A DNA stretch of 64,000 nt from the human T2T-CHM13v2.0 reference genome, Homo sapiens. The stretch lies in assembly GCF_009914755.1 (NCBI RefSeq), contig NC_060935.1. One strand, 5' to 3'. Position 1 is the stretch's first letter; the number at the start of each line of letters is the position of its first letter. A program made the translations under genes and the position numbers. This document shows, in pieces, positions 14,501 to 28,159 of the stretch. The notes under the pieces were generated by a model that saw only the letters and a list, made by a program, of their open reading frames with translations, did no database searches and had not been told where the DNA came from.

Positions 14501-15245
14501 GTCAAGAGCCCGCCCAAAACTCAGGTTCCTTGAACTGGGAAGTTATCAGATCCCTTGCAAAACACTCGTCCTTGGAGGAAGTACAAGGCAGTGAACAAAC
14601 TCTGTGGAACTTGGCTTAGCTCCCGATCCTGAAGTTTGGAGTTACAGTGCAATCTCCTCAGCATCCCTGGAGCCGGAAGAGGTGACCTTGGCAGGCCTGA
14701 CACCTGATGGCAAGGGGTTTCTGCTTTCTGTGCTATGTCCAGGAGTTAAAGTAGAGTGAAACCAAATCACTCCTGAGAGGGCCAGTGGCTGGATTTCAGA
14801 AACGGGGGCTGACATTCCAGGGAGTCATTTATGGGAGGGCCTGGCCTTGGCTCTTCAGCCGCAGTATCTCTCTCCCTGAGGAAGAAATATTTCCCTTGGT
14901 TTCCCAGCCTCTCAAAAGTTGTGTAATGTCAGGATGCCTTGAGCTTTTCCATACTTGACAAGTGTCATTGCAGAGCTTGGTAGATCCATAGCCAGCTGTC
15001 ATCCTTGATGTCTTGCTGAACTGCAGGGATGTATTTACTTGCAGTGAATTCTTGTGATCTTTAGGGATGTGAATTTTCCTCAGCTTCGGGACACTTGTGA
15101 AATGTGACTTTTGTCCTGGCACGGAAGCTGGGCATTGGCTCCCAGATGGAAACTGGACTCTGAGAGAGGCAGAAAAGAAGGGTGGATCAGATTGTGGACT
15201 TCATGGTATGTTCTTGGGTGCTTCTCATGATCTCTTTGAAAGTTA

Positions 15246-15558
<313 letters not shown>

Positions 15559-16339
15559 AGTTACTGACCCAAGAGACAAATGCATTGGGCTGGGGTTGAA
15601 GGAGGAGAATGGCTGCTACAGCCCTGCTCTAGGAGCTGGGCTGGGTTAGACTCAGTGCCCACAGAGAGCACCTAAATAGGATGGATCGGTTCTAGGGTTG
15701 ATGATCTCTTAGGGCCTGGGTCTAGAGAGTGAGTGTGGTTCAGCACATCTTGGGATGCTACCAGGACTGAACCAGACTTCCTAGGTTCCATGACATGGGG
15801 ACATACTGGATTCTGTGACTCAGTCCATGGCAGGCTGAAGCAGAACTGAATCAGCCCTCAGCAATGTAAGGGGGGGTACCCTCGACTCCCTGGGGCTCTG
15901 TTGGATGCATTGCTTTGTGGGTGCTCACCGACTCCTCATTTCATTCTTTGCTAGGGACGCGGCTATGGTACTGGCAGCTGGCTCATGTACAGGGTTCAGG
16001 CCCCATTTTCCTTACTGGTCCTGTGTCCTTTGTCTCTCAGACCCTGTTGTCTGTCTTTCCTTGGTATGTCATGTCTGGTATCCTCAGCTCACGCCGCCAC
16101 GGGAGAACTGTCCTCTTCTCAGCTTGTCATTTTGGAAGCAGCCTCCAGCAACCTTGCTTTCCTCCTCTGACTATACTCCGGCCTGCAGTGCCACTACTCA
16201 CGCCCCCAAATAATTTAAACTGCCTTTCTTAGGAGACAAGAGCTAGTTGAAAAGTCTCCTCATTTTCCTTCAACCCTGTATCATGGGTGGCCTGAGAGAG
16301 TGAGGACTGAATTCATTGACTCCCCTTTCTCTGCACCCC

Positions 16340-16603
16340 CCACCCCCAAGGAAATAGCCGAGTTCGACTAATGGGAGTTGCCTGGCCAATCGTTGCCCTG
16401 AGAAAGTTTGGTTTGTGATCCTATTTCAGTAGGCTGATTGGAGCAGCCTTTACTTGGAGGTCGAGTCCCTCCCCGAGGGAATCCGTGTACAGTTACACTA
16501 GCGGTCGCTGCCAGTGCTAGCCCATTCAGGATAGCCCCCCTCACCCCGCCCCCAGCCCCCGCTCCTCCTCCTCCTTTTTTGTTTTTATCCAGTGTCTCGC
16601 TTC

Positions 16604-16634
<31 letters not shown>

Positions 16635-17135
16635 CCTTTCCCTCCTACCACTGCCTCTTCCTCCCGCTCTCTACCTCCCTGCAGCGCCAAGCCGGCTCCC
16701 CAACCTGGTCTGCTGAACGCAAACCGCTGAGAGTTTGCTGCACCGCCCCCTGGGGCCCCTGGCTGCCGAGTCCCGCTAAGGCAAAGACGCCAGCAAGCGA
16801 GGAAGCGCAGCGGAAGAAAAACAAGCGGGCGCGCGAGGGGAGCCCCAGGAGGGCTGCCGAGTGGCTGGCAGGCGGCTCCCGCCCCTCCCGGGTGGCCTCG
16901 CCGGCGGCTGACGGCCCGGAGGACGCGCGCTCCGAAAAGTTAGACTCCGGGCGGCGGCGCGCTACGCCGCGTCCCCTCGCGTCCCTTCCTCGCTGCGCTC
17001 CGGGAAAGGAACTTGTTCCTTCGGCCCCAGGATTGGGGAGTGTGCCGCGGGGCCGAGGGTGGGGAACAGCCAGAGGGAGACGCGAACCAGGCCGCTGGCG
17101 GAGGGCTCAGGGGGAGCGCAGAGGCGACGGCCCCC
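16340..17135 (+). promoter_or_regulatory. GRAMD1B: Promoter and 5'UTR of the GRAMD1B long isoform
   Basis: CCAAT 16386-16390, inverted CCAAT (ATTGG) 16437-16441, GC boxes at 16544 and about 16878, (CT)n at about 16600-16640, rising CpG density; no upstream ATG seen between about 16700 and 17135. Exact TSS cannot be read from sequence. Confidence 0.75.
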
Positions 17136-17780
17136 ATGCCGGCGGCCAACATGATGGAGAACCGGCCGCTGCCCGCCCTGCAGGTGCCCGAGCCGCAGGG
17201 TGCGCCCGAGGGCAGCCCGGTCTGGTCCAGTTCGTCGACCCCCACGCTTCGCCGCCGGCGCTTCAAGATGCGCCGCATGAAGAACGTACAGGAGCAGAGC
17301 CTGGAGGCCGGGCTGGCCCGGGACCTGCCCGCCGTCTTGGCCCCCGGCAAGGAGTTCCTGCAGCTGCCGTCCATCGAGATCACGCCCTCCAGCGACGAGG
17401 ACACCCCGTGGTCCAACTGCTCCACACCCAGCGCGTCCCCGCGCCGAAAACGCTTCCTCCTCCGCAAGTGGCTGAGGGTGAGGGAGCGGAAGGAGTGCAG
17501 TGAAAGCAGGTACGTCCCCGTTCCGCCCGTCTCCTTCCCTTCCCTCCCGTCCTCTCCAGAGCCGTCCAGGGCCCCGGGGCATTCTGGGGGAAACGTCCTG
17601 GGGGAGAACAGGAGCCCGTCACCAGAGGCGCTTCTGGAGGGCGCTGCGCCTGGTCCCAGGGATGGTGGCATTCAGCTTCCACGCGTGCCACCCGCTCCCC
17701 AACTCAGGGTGAGGGGCTTCATGTTGCACGACACGTTTACGTGGGGCTTTACGCTGCATTCCATCTCCCTTGATCCTCGC
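16680..17780. promoter_or_regulatory. CpG island
   Basis: Very high GC with dense CpG (e.g. gcgcgcga, cggcggcgcgctacgccgcg) against CpG-depleted flanks. Confidence 0.92.
17136..17509 (+). CDS. GRAMD1B: First coding exon (124 codons + 2 nt, phase 2) of the long N-terminal isoform of GRAM domain-containing protein 1B (Aster-B)
   Basis: ATG at 17136 inside a CpG island, GC3-rich codons, peptide MPAANMMENRPLPALQVPEP...RKWLRVRERKECSES, donor CAG|GTACGT at 17509/17510. Peptide recognised from memory. The ORF-track entry 17013-17813 starts at a TTG and reads through the donor. Confidence 0.88.
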
Positions 17781-17789
17781 AGCGAAATA

Positions 17790-18000
17790 AATAATAAAAA
17801 TAATAACAGCTAATAGTTATTGAGCCCTTACCATGTGCGGGCCACTATGTTGCGCACTTCATGGACCTCCAGATTTCATCCCTACGCAAACTCTCTGAGG
17901 TAGGTATTACTATGGCTCCCTTTCTACAGAAGGAGATAGTAAAAGGCCAGAGAACAGTTAAGTGGTTTATATTTCAGGACTCCGTTTCAATCTTATTTTA
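17790..18000 (-). mobile_element. MIR
   Basis: aataataacagctaa...tattgagcccttaccatgtgc...tgaggtaggtattac. Confidence 0.7.
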
Positions 18001-18616
18001 TGTTTGGCCACACCGGATTGCCTTAACTGGCTCACTTGTGTGGAAGTGAAATATTGACATTGAGTGAGTCACATTTCCTACCATATCAGAGTCTTTAGAC
18101 ATCGATACCTACAAGACTGTGGTTTGTACCAGCTAGTTTTTTGCCTAGGTCAATGTGGCATCTGGGTAATGGGAGAAGGTTGAGCTTCCCTCACGTAGAG
18201 AATTGCTGCAGGGCGCCCTAGAGCAGCTCTACACAGCCCTGGTCAGGACTGCTGCTTCAGGAAGTTGTGTCTGAGCCAAGCCCCTTGCCTGGTGGAGGGC
18301 AGGGAGTCCTCACTTGTTCATCGGTACCACTAATCCTACATATTTACTTTGAGACTTTAGGGTCCTGTCTCTTAATGGATTTGTGTTCTTGTGCGGAGCA
18401 ACTGAGTCATTGATCACTTTCCGTGGAATTCCTTCTCCAAATCTGTTCAATTACATTGATTTCAATTCAGTAAGTACTTACTGAATATTTCTGTGAGCTC
18501 AGTCTAGTAACAGCTAATAGTGGTGATGTTGAGGAGGGTGTGGGGGAAGGATAGGTAGAGTAAGGGGTTGTAGAGGCTGAGAAGGGAGATGAGGGGAGGC
18601 TTGTATAAGAAATGAA

Positions 18617-18916
18617 CACCTGGGCACAGTGGCTCACACCTGTAATCCCAGCACTTTGGGAGGCCGAAGCGTGTGGATCACTTGAGGTCAGGAGTTCGAG
18701 ACCACCCTGGCCAACATGGCGAAACTCCATTTCTGTTAAAAGTGCAAAAATTAGCTGGGTGTAGTGGCAGGCTCCTGTAATCCCAACTACTTGGGAGGCT
18801 GAGGCAAGAGAATCGCTTGAACCTGGGTACAGGGGCTGCAGTGAGCCAAGACTGTGCCACTGCACTCCAGCCTGGGCCACAGAGTGAGACTCTGTCTCAA
18901 AAAAAAAAAAAAAAAA
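18617..18916 (+). mobile_element. Alu (AluS-like)
   Basis: Full dimer with poly-A. Confidence 0.95.
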
Positions 18917-19415
18917 TTGAAGACCTGTGGGAGCCATTGGAAAACATACTGTGCTGTGTGGTACTGATTGTACTAGAAAAGAGAGAGTTCTGGAGAAGTA
19001 GAGGAAGACTTCTTGAAGGAAGAGGCTGACACCATGACAAATACAGATGGGTAGTAGAAAACAGCAGGAAAAGAATGAGGTTGGGTGCATAAGACTGGCT
19101 GAAGGGAACAATATGAAGAATGGCAGGAGAAACAGGATGAGCCATGTGTCTTTGCGGGGTGGGGACTGAGGAGTAGGATCCGTTATGCAGAAGATGGGCA
19201 TTTTGGGCCTTCCAGAGTTTATCTTTTCTGTTTGCAACAACTGAGCATGGTTCTCTCAGCAGGTGCAGATACAGAGCTTTGTTCCGTGGATTTTTGTGGA
19301 CGCTGGGGATAGAAGTTCTTTCTGTTTGGTACTTCATCCTGCTACCCTTTTCACAGAGTAGAGGGAAATGGGGCAAGCTTGGTGGGAGCTAACCTTGAAC
19401 TAAAGTAGTTTGTCA

Positions 19416-19740
<325 letters not shown>

Positions 19741-19854
19741 AGTAGTTTGTCATGGCTTGTCGGCTTTTCCCTCCAATGTAAAAGAAACTAAAAGAGACCT
19801 TCTTTTGATCTTGAGATTCTGCCATATATACTGAGGACAAAATATGGTAAAAAG

Positions 19855-20019
19855 AGCCGGGTGCAATGGCATGGCCTGTATTCCCAGCTACTTGGGTTGT
19901 GGTGTGAGGATCACATGAGCCCAAGAGTTCAAGGCTTTAGTAGGCTATAATGGTGCCTGTGAATAACCACTGCATTTCAGCCATGGTGAGACCCCCACCC
20001 CCAACGCTTAAAATGTTAC

Positions 20020-20058
<39 letters not shown>

Positions 20059-20067
20059 TTTGTGTGT
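19855..20067 (+). repeat. Diverged FAM/FLAM monomer followed by (TG)n microsatellite (about 20019-20067)
   Basis: Alu-monomer similarity; TG run seen directly. Confidence 0.8.
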
Positions 20068-20291
20068 ATGAAGAAAAAAATCTTGCATTGCTGGCTAGGA
20101 TGGGGATGACAGTAGATTTGGTTAGATTTAGGAAGGTATTCCTGGTTTCGAGAGTTGTCTATGTGTGTAGTGGAACCTTCATTTTGTTGGATTTGGGGAC
20201 ATATCCTTAAAATTTGGCAGGATTTTCATCTAGATGTAGTTCAGGCAGTTATTTTAAGTGGTGACTTTTGGATTAGAAGAACCTATGTATC

Positions 20292-20687
<396 letters not shown>

Positions 20688-20849
20688 CTACTGTTATACT
20701 GCCTTCTGTTGGAATCTATTTGGATTGTGTGTAAAACAAAGCCCCATCATTTTTAGGCCTCGAAGATGAAAGGCTTCCTTCCAAGAAAAGCAGCAATCAA
20801 GTGAATAGGTGCTCGTAGATACCACCAAGTGGCCTGAGAAGGAATTGGT

Positions 20850-21184
<335 letters not shown>

Positions 21185-22129
21185 TTAATATCAGAAGACA
21201 GCTGTATATTTAAGTTCTATCATCGATTAGCTATGGAGATTAGCTTGAGCATTTCACTTTACCTCCATGAGTTTCACCTTCTTCATTTGTGGAAGAGGAT
21301 CTCTGTGGGTTAATGGGAAGTCTGAAGAGTAGTGAATGTGAAAATGTTTTGCAAACTTCCTCTTGCTGTGCAAGGGTGAAGGCTTATTTCATTACTCTGT
21401 GAGTCTCTCACATGGAATGGATGTTTGCTTAAAAGTATGAGGTTACATACTCACGTGTCCTGGAGCAGCACCTGAGCCTCCTCACACAATTCAGGATTTG
21501 GAAATGATGGTTGGAAAATGGCTCTGCTCTGGCCTGGATTAGGGAGGATTAGCATACCAGGCCCAGCATGACGTCTCCACATTCCCCACCCCAAATCTAC
21601 TGCTCCAAAAGAGAGAAAAACACCTTTCAGGCTTGCTATGAAATTCAGCGTGATGTGGTAGAAGTTAAGTGGCTGAGAGGGCCATAGCTTGTGGATTTCT
21701 TTTAATTTTTGTTTTTTCATTATTTGTTTCATTATTTGTTTGTTTGTTTGTTTTTTTACTTGTCACTGACTTGAAGCTCAAGCTTGCGGATTTTCACTGC
21801 ACAAAGCTGAAAATATGAAGAGGATTAGGAGACCCTTTTCTTCTCCTTAAACCCTAGGAAGGAAGAAGTGGAACAAATGGTAAAGACAGCATGGCTTACT
21901 AACTTTCCAGTGTTCACTGGAATACTCCAAGACCAATCATGTTCATCTTTGTATCGTCACAGCACTGTACCTGACCTCTTACAGTGATCTATAGATCTAT
22001 AGATGTTTGTTGATGAGTTAATAATGAGTAAATAAATGATTCCTTTTTCTCTACTGTTTAAAGTGAAATTCTTTTATTCATGAGTGTGGGAAAATTTCCA
22101 AAAGGAGATGAGTACAGAGCTGAGTTTTT

Positions 22130-22660
22130 AAAAACAGCTTTATTGAGATATAATTTATATAATATACAATTCACCTATTTAAAGCATAATTCAGTGGTTT
22201 TTAATATATTCACAGCTATGTACAACCATCACCACAGTCAGTTTTTAAAAACGTTTGTTGCCCCACAAAGAAACTCATACTTTTTTTTTTTTTTTTTTTT
22301 TTTGAGACGGAGTCTCCCTCTCTCACCCAGGCTGGAGTGCAGTGGCTCAATCTCGGCTCACTGCAGCCTCTGCCTCCTGGGTTCAAGTGATTCTCCTGCC
22401 TAAGCCTCCTGAGTAGCTGGGATTACAGAAGCTCGCCACCACGCCCAGATAATTTTTGTATTTTTAGTAGAGACAGGGTTTCACCATGTTGGCCAGGTGG
22501 GTCTTGAACTCCTGACCTCATGATCTGCCCACCTCAGCCTCCCAAAGTGCTGGGATTACAGGCATGAACCACTGTGCCTGACTGAAACTCATACTTTTTG
22601 GCTAGCACCTTCACCCTCTCCATCCCATTTCCCCAGCCCTAGACAACCACTGATCTATAG
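22130..22660 (-). mobile_element. Old L1 (L1M) 3' fragment interrupted by Alu (22281-22582, minus strand)
   Basis: acagctttattgagatataattt...caaccatcaccaca...ccctagacaaccactgatc; Alu TSD gaaactcatacttt. Confidence 0.8.
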
Positions 22661-23099
22661 AGAGCTGAGTTTTGAAGGGTTAACAAATGCCTATAGGTGA
22701 AAGCAGTTTGGATGTGTTGGCTTGAAGATAGAGATGGATGACCAAATGTGATCTTGTTGAGGAATGTGGAAAAATGAAGGTGGTGAGGCTGACAGACCGA
22801 AGGTGATTTATGCCAAAGAGTTTGAATTTCAATGAATCACTCAGTCATCAAACAGGTATTGAGATCCTATATGCAGAGCGCTTCCTAGGCAAAGTGGAGT
22901 CAATTCAATGAGGAGCTGTCGTAGATTCTGGAGCTTGGGAGAGACACTCTCAAAGTGTTGCTCGAGGCAACTACTTTCTGCTGTTCCGTGTAGTGGGGAG
23001 GAAGCGTGGGGAGGTGAAGGCCTGGAGTCTTGCTCTTTTCTTTCAGTGGTCTAACTGCAAAGCATCATCTTAACTACCATTGAACATAAGACGGCACAA

Positions 23100-23494
23100 T
23101 TTTTTTTTATTATACTTTAAGTTTTAGGGTACATGTGCACAATGTGCAGGTTTGTTACATATGTATACATGTGCCATGTTGGTGTGCTGCACCCATTAAC
23201 TCGTCATTTAACTTTAGGTGTGTCTCCTAATGCTATCCCTCCCCGCTCACCCTACCCCACAACAGGCCCCGGTGTGTGATGTTTCCCTTCCTGTGTCCAT
23301 GTGTTCTCATTGTTCAATTCCCACCTATGAGTGAGAACATGCGGTGTTTGGTTTTTTGTCCTTGCGATAGTTTGCTGAGAATGATGGTTTCCAGCTTCAT
23401 CCGTGTCCCTACAAAGGACATGAACTCATCCTTTTTTATGGCTGCATAGTATTCCATGGTGTATATGTGCCACATTTTCTTAATCCAGTCTATC
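23100..23494 (-). mobile_element. 5'-truncated L1PA (L1PA3/PA4-like) 3' end, about 395 bp
   Basis: Classic ttattatactttaagttttagggtacatgtg end; ORF2 C-terminus WIKKMWHIYTMEYYAAIKK in the ORF track; TSD aagac/tggcacaat at 23088 and 23495. Confidence 0.95.
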
Positions 23495-26400
23495 AAGATG
23501 GCACAATTTTTTTGCTGGCCATGTTGCCCTCTGAGCTCAGGGAATAGCGTAGCCTGCAGTTGATGGGGCAGGCTCTTAGCATTAATACTCACATGTCTTT
23601 CTAACTTCCTTGCCCAAAACTGGTTGTGGTGATTGTTCAGAACCCAAACTGAGGATTGGAACCCTTCTCTGAATTGCTAGGTTCAGAAAACTCAGAAATT
23701 AGATGAAACCACATCTCCCAGGATGTCTTCTTGTCATCACTCTCTGGAGGGGGAAGGGAAAGCTGACGACGGGTGAGTGAGTTGGGTGGTGGCCAACTGC
23801 AGGCTCTTTCTAGGGGATGCAGAAGCACCTCTCTGCATCTCTGCCCAGTATACCTTCACTGTTACTATCTTTTGTACCATCTTTCACCTGGCTGTTATGT
23901 CCCTTCTTCTACATAACACACCTACCCCCGTCATGACTGCTCACAGTCTAGCAGGCTGGCGGCTAGAGAGTGGAGGGCCTCAGGGTTTCCACTTAGCTCC
24001 ATGTCTGACCACTGGTAGTGCCGCTCACTAATTGTGCCCAGCATGCTAGGCTAGGTCATCTCTCTGGTGCCAGCCTAGCTGGCGTGTGGTTTGCCTGTAA
24101 TGAATACACAGCATTGGTATATTTATCTTGATTCTTCATCTCCTTCCTCTGACCTTTGGAGGGAGACTTGTTTCGGGTTTCAGCTCCATTTCCAGGAGAG
24201 CAGGGTGATTTTGTGCATCTGAATGCTCTCCCCCTCAGCCCCCGTCACTATTGGTGTAGCTTCTCCGCTCTGTGTGTGCCCTGCTACATATGAGAAGCAC
24301 AGGAAGTGTGGGAGAGAGAAAACTCATGTCCTTCTTAACACAAAGCAAAGAACAAATGCAAAGGAGACCTATGATTGGTCAGTGGATTAAGTAAGTGATC
24401 GGTGCTGGATAGGGTTAACTGGCAAAAACTTCCACCAGATTCATAATTCCTTGAGGGCAGGGACTGGTCTTACTTTGTGCCAAGTTTTCTGCCAAGCAGC
24501 CTTAAATACATTATCACATTAAATCCTCACAACAATGCCTCGGTCCCCCCAGGCAGGTTTTCCAGCTGAGGAACCTGAAGTTCAGAGATTAACATTCTCC
24601 TGGTCCAACAGAAGCAAGGCTGGGATTTGAAGCGTGTCCTAATTCCAAAGCCTGAGCTCATTACAGCTCCACTGCCCTATCCCCCCAGGGCCTGGAAGCA
24701 GTCAGCCCTCCCCTGCTTGAGAACTTGTAGATGTGGAGGGGGAGGTCCTGAAGCAAGGTAGGAATGTGGACAGTCGGGAGGCCATTGAGGAGATGTGTGT
24801 GAGGTTGTGGGAAGCAGAGAGGTGTGAGGATGACCCTGTTGACGGTCTAGGTGGACTCCTCCGTGAGAATCAGCTAGCGCCTGGCTGTAGATGTGGTTTC
24901 TAGATTAAAACAATCTGTGGAAACTGAGACGGTAGAGATGGAACCCTGTGGGCTGATTTCATACTGGCCAGCTTCCTCTGTGGGAGTTGGTATTTGGAAA
25001 ATTTCCTTGGTGGTTATGCACTCAGAGGGTGCCAATTACACATCAGGTAAGGGGCTGGTATGAACATGGGGCAGATGCACAGGTGATCTTTCTGTCCTAG
25101 TTGGTGCGTTTCTCCCAGGTATTATATAGCCTCCAATTGCTATGCTGGTCACTGATAATTGCTTCTAGGGTAACGCAGAAGTTAAGGAGTCTGAATGGCT
25201 AAGCTGCCAGTGGGGAATTTTCTTCCTGACCCCAGTGGGCAAACTGCTGGCCCTGAAGCAGGTGTTTAGACCTGGAGCCAAGGCTGGCCCGGAGAGCCTG
25301 GAGGTGGTTGCTGGGTTGCTGTGTGTACAAGAGCTTGATGAAACCTGAGGGTTTTTCCTGGGGCATTTGCCCCAATGGGATTCTTTCTTCCATAGCACAT
25401 ATCAGTGTGTGACTTGCCAAGGGGCTGTTGTGCCTGGTGTGAGGAGGGACATAGCTTCTTATTGTCTTGGGGGGTGGGAATCTATGAGCTCTTCTCCTGT
25501 GACTCTGGAGCCTGGAAGGAAGTGTCCTCTCAGAGGAGACTTGTTTCGGGTCTCTCAGGGACTCAGAACAGAAAGCTTCTCTCAGGGACTCAGAACAGAA
25601 AATCGAATGTGGGTTTTCCAGTGGGAGAAGGGAAGCAGGATGGTGATGCCTCAGCTGGTGAGGAGATGTTGGGCAGTAGCCAGCCACTCCCTGCCACCAT
25701 AGGCAGCAACCTCCTAAACACACTCCTGTTTTCAAATATCCTCTTCTGTTATCAGACCACATGTCTGGATTTTCGATTCAGATATTGTCATATAGCTCGA
25801 AATCCTCACTAGGAAAATGTGGCTGTGCCTTTGGTCCCTTTGTGGAAGGGAGGGATAAAGAAAACCATGGGTTTTTCCTTTGAGGCCCTAACACATTGGG
25901 TAGTCAGAGGGTATGAAGCCCTTCTGTGTCCTCTGTATGTCCTCAAGCTGGGATGAGACTCCGGTTCTCCAATTCTGATCTGTAGATGAGATGGAGGAAT
26001 GAGATGACCAGGCATGTCACGGAGGCAGTGCAGGGTCAGAGCTGAAACTCAGGCCTCTGACCTGAAATCTCGACCAGTTTCTAACAGACCTATTACATCT
26101 CTGCAGCAGCCTCATTCTTTTTAAGGTCTCTCCCTCTCAGCACATCACTGTGGTCAAGCCTGTTCCCCCACCCAGCCTGGTGCCTCTTCCCTCCACAATC
26201 TGACCACAGAGATTTTCAGTCTTGCTGCTTCTGGTTGGCAAGTTTATCCAGGAAATGATGGAGCTGAGGGAGATGACTAGAAAAACAATAAACAACCTAT
26301 TTGGTTTTTGCCCTCCTTTTTGCAGCCATAGAAAAATAATTTTCTGGGGGAGGGGGAGCGCCCAGTTTGGGGATGGTAACCCTTGCAATATTTGCCTCAG

Positions 26401-26571
26401 CAATTAGGAAAATACAGAAAGGCAATGGATGGTTAGTTTAGTGACACATTTTTGAGACTCTCCAAGAGTCTTCAAGCTTGTTGTCTTAAAAGGAATCATT
26501 TTAAAAAATGTAGTGCATGTGCTGCTGAAGTGAGCACAAGAAATCATTTTTTATGCCATAAAAGTCAACGC

Positions 26572-26865
26572 GGCCAGATGCAGTGGCTCACGCCTGTAAT
26601 CCTAGCACTTTGGGAGGCCAACGCAGGCAGATAACCTGAGGTCAGGAATTGAAGACCAGCCTGGCCAACATGGTGAAACCCCGTCTCTACTAAAATACAA
26701 AAATTAGCCAGGCATGATGGTGGGTGCCTGTAATCCCAGCTACTCGGGAGGCTGAGACGGGAGAATCGTTTAAACCGGGAAACAGTGGTTGCAGTGACCC
26801 AAGATAGCGCCACTGCACTCCAGCCTGGGCGGCTGAGTGAGACTCCGTCTCAAAAGAAAAAAAAA
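26572..26865 (+). mobile_element. Alu (AluS-like)
   Basis: Dimer, TSD aaaagtca. Confidence 0.95.
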
Positions 26866-27136
26866 GTCAGCATATTGTATCTAATAAAATAGCTAGTTAA
26901 TTGTAAAGTTTTGGATAGTAGGAAAAAGGAAAACATAATTTTATCATGTTAACTCAGTTATTAGAGGGTATATTGATCTGTTTGTGTTGTTATAAAGTAA
27001 TACCTGAGACTGGGTAACTTATAAAGAAAAGAAGTTTATTTGGCTCATGGTTCTGCTGGCTGCATAAGAAGCATGGTGCCAGTATCTGCTTCTGACCTTA
27101 GGAAGCTTCTATTCCTGGTGGAAAGCAAATGGGGGT

Positions 27137-27484
27137 TGATATGGCTTGGCTGCGTCCCCACCCAATTCAATCTCATCTTGAATTCCCACATGTTGTGGGA
27201 GGGACCTGGTGGGAGGTAATTGAATCATGGGGGCAAGTTTTTCCTGTGCTGTTCTCAGGATAGTGAATAAGTCTCATGAAATCTGATAGTTTTAAAAATG
27301 GGAATTTCCTTGCACAAGCCCTCTTCTCTTGTCTGCCACCATGTGAGATGTGCCTTTCACCTTCCACCATGATCGTGAGGCCTCCCCAGCCACGTGGAAC
27401 TGTAAGTCCAATAAACCTCTTTCTTTTGTAAATTTCCCAGTCTCAGGTATGTCTTTATTGGCAGCCTGAAAATGGACTAATACA
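27137..27484 (+). mobile_element. THE1 solo LTR (THE1B/C-like)
   Basis: tgatatgg...ccaataaacctct...ggactaataca with TG..CA ends. Confidence 0.9.
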
Positions 27485-27698
27485 GGGGAGCAGGGTTGTC
27501 ACATGGTGAGAAGTTGCAAGAAAGAGAGGTAGGGGTGTCAGGCTCCTTTTAACAAGCAGATCTTGCAGGAACTAAGAATGAGTACTCACTCATTCTCGAA
27601 AGAATGGCACCAAACCTTTCATAAGAGATCCTCCCCCACAGCCCAAACACCTCCCACCAGGTTCTCCTCCTACACTAGAGACAAAATCTCAGCATGCA

Positions 27699-28159
<461 letters not shown>

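Noticed and set aside
16592-17671. Long overlapping ORFs (303 aa +, 243 aa -, 206 aa -) across the CpG island
   Set aside because: GC-rich DNA is poor in stop codons; these are low-complexity Arg/Gly/Pro shadows of the real exon frame.
21987-22004. 18-bp perfect palindrome atctatagatctatagat
   Set aside because: Explained by tandem duplication of an 8-mer; too short to imply function.
23314-23592. 92-aa ORF with the L1 ORF2 C-terminus
   Set aside because: Part of a 5'-truncated L1PA; non-autonomous.
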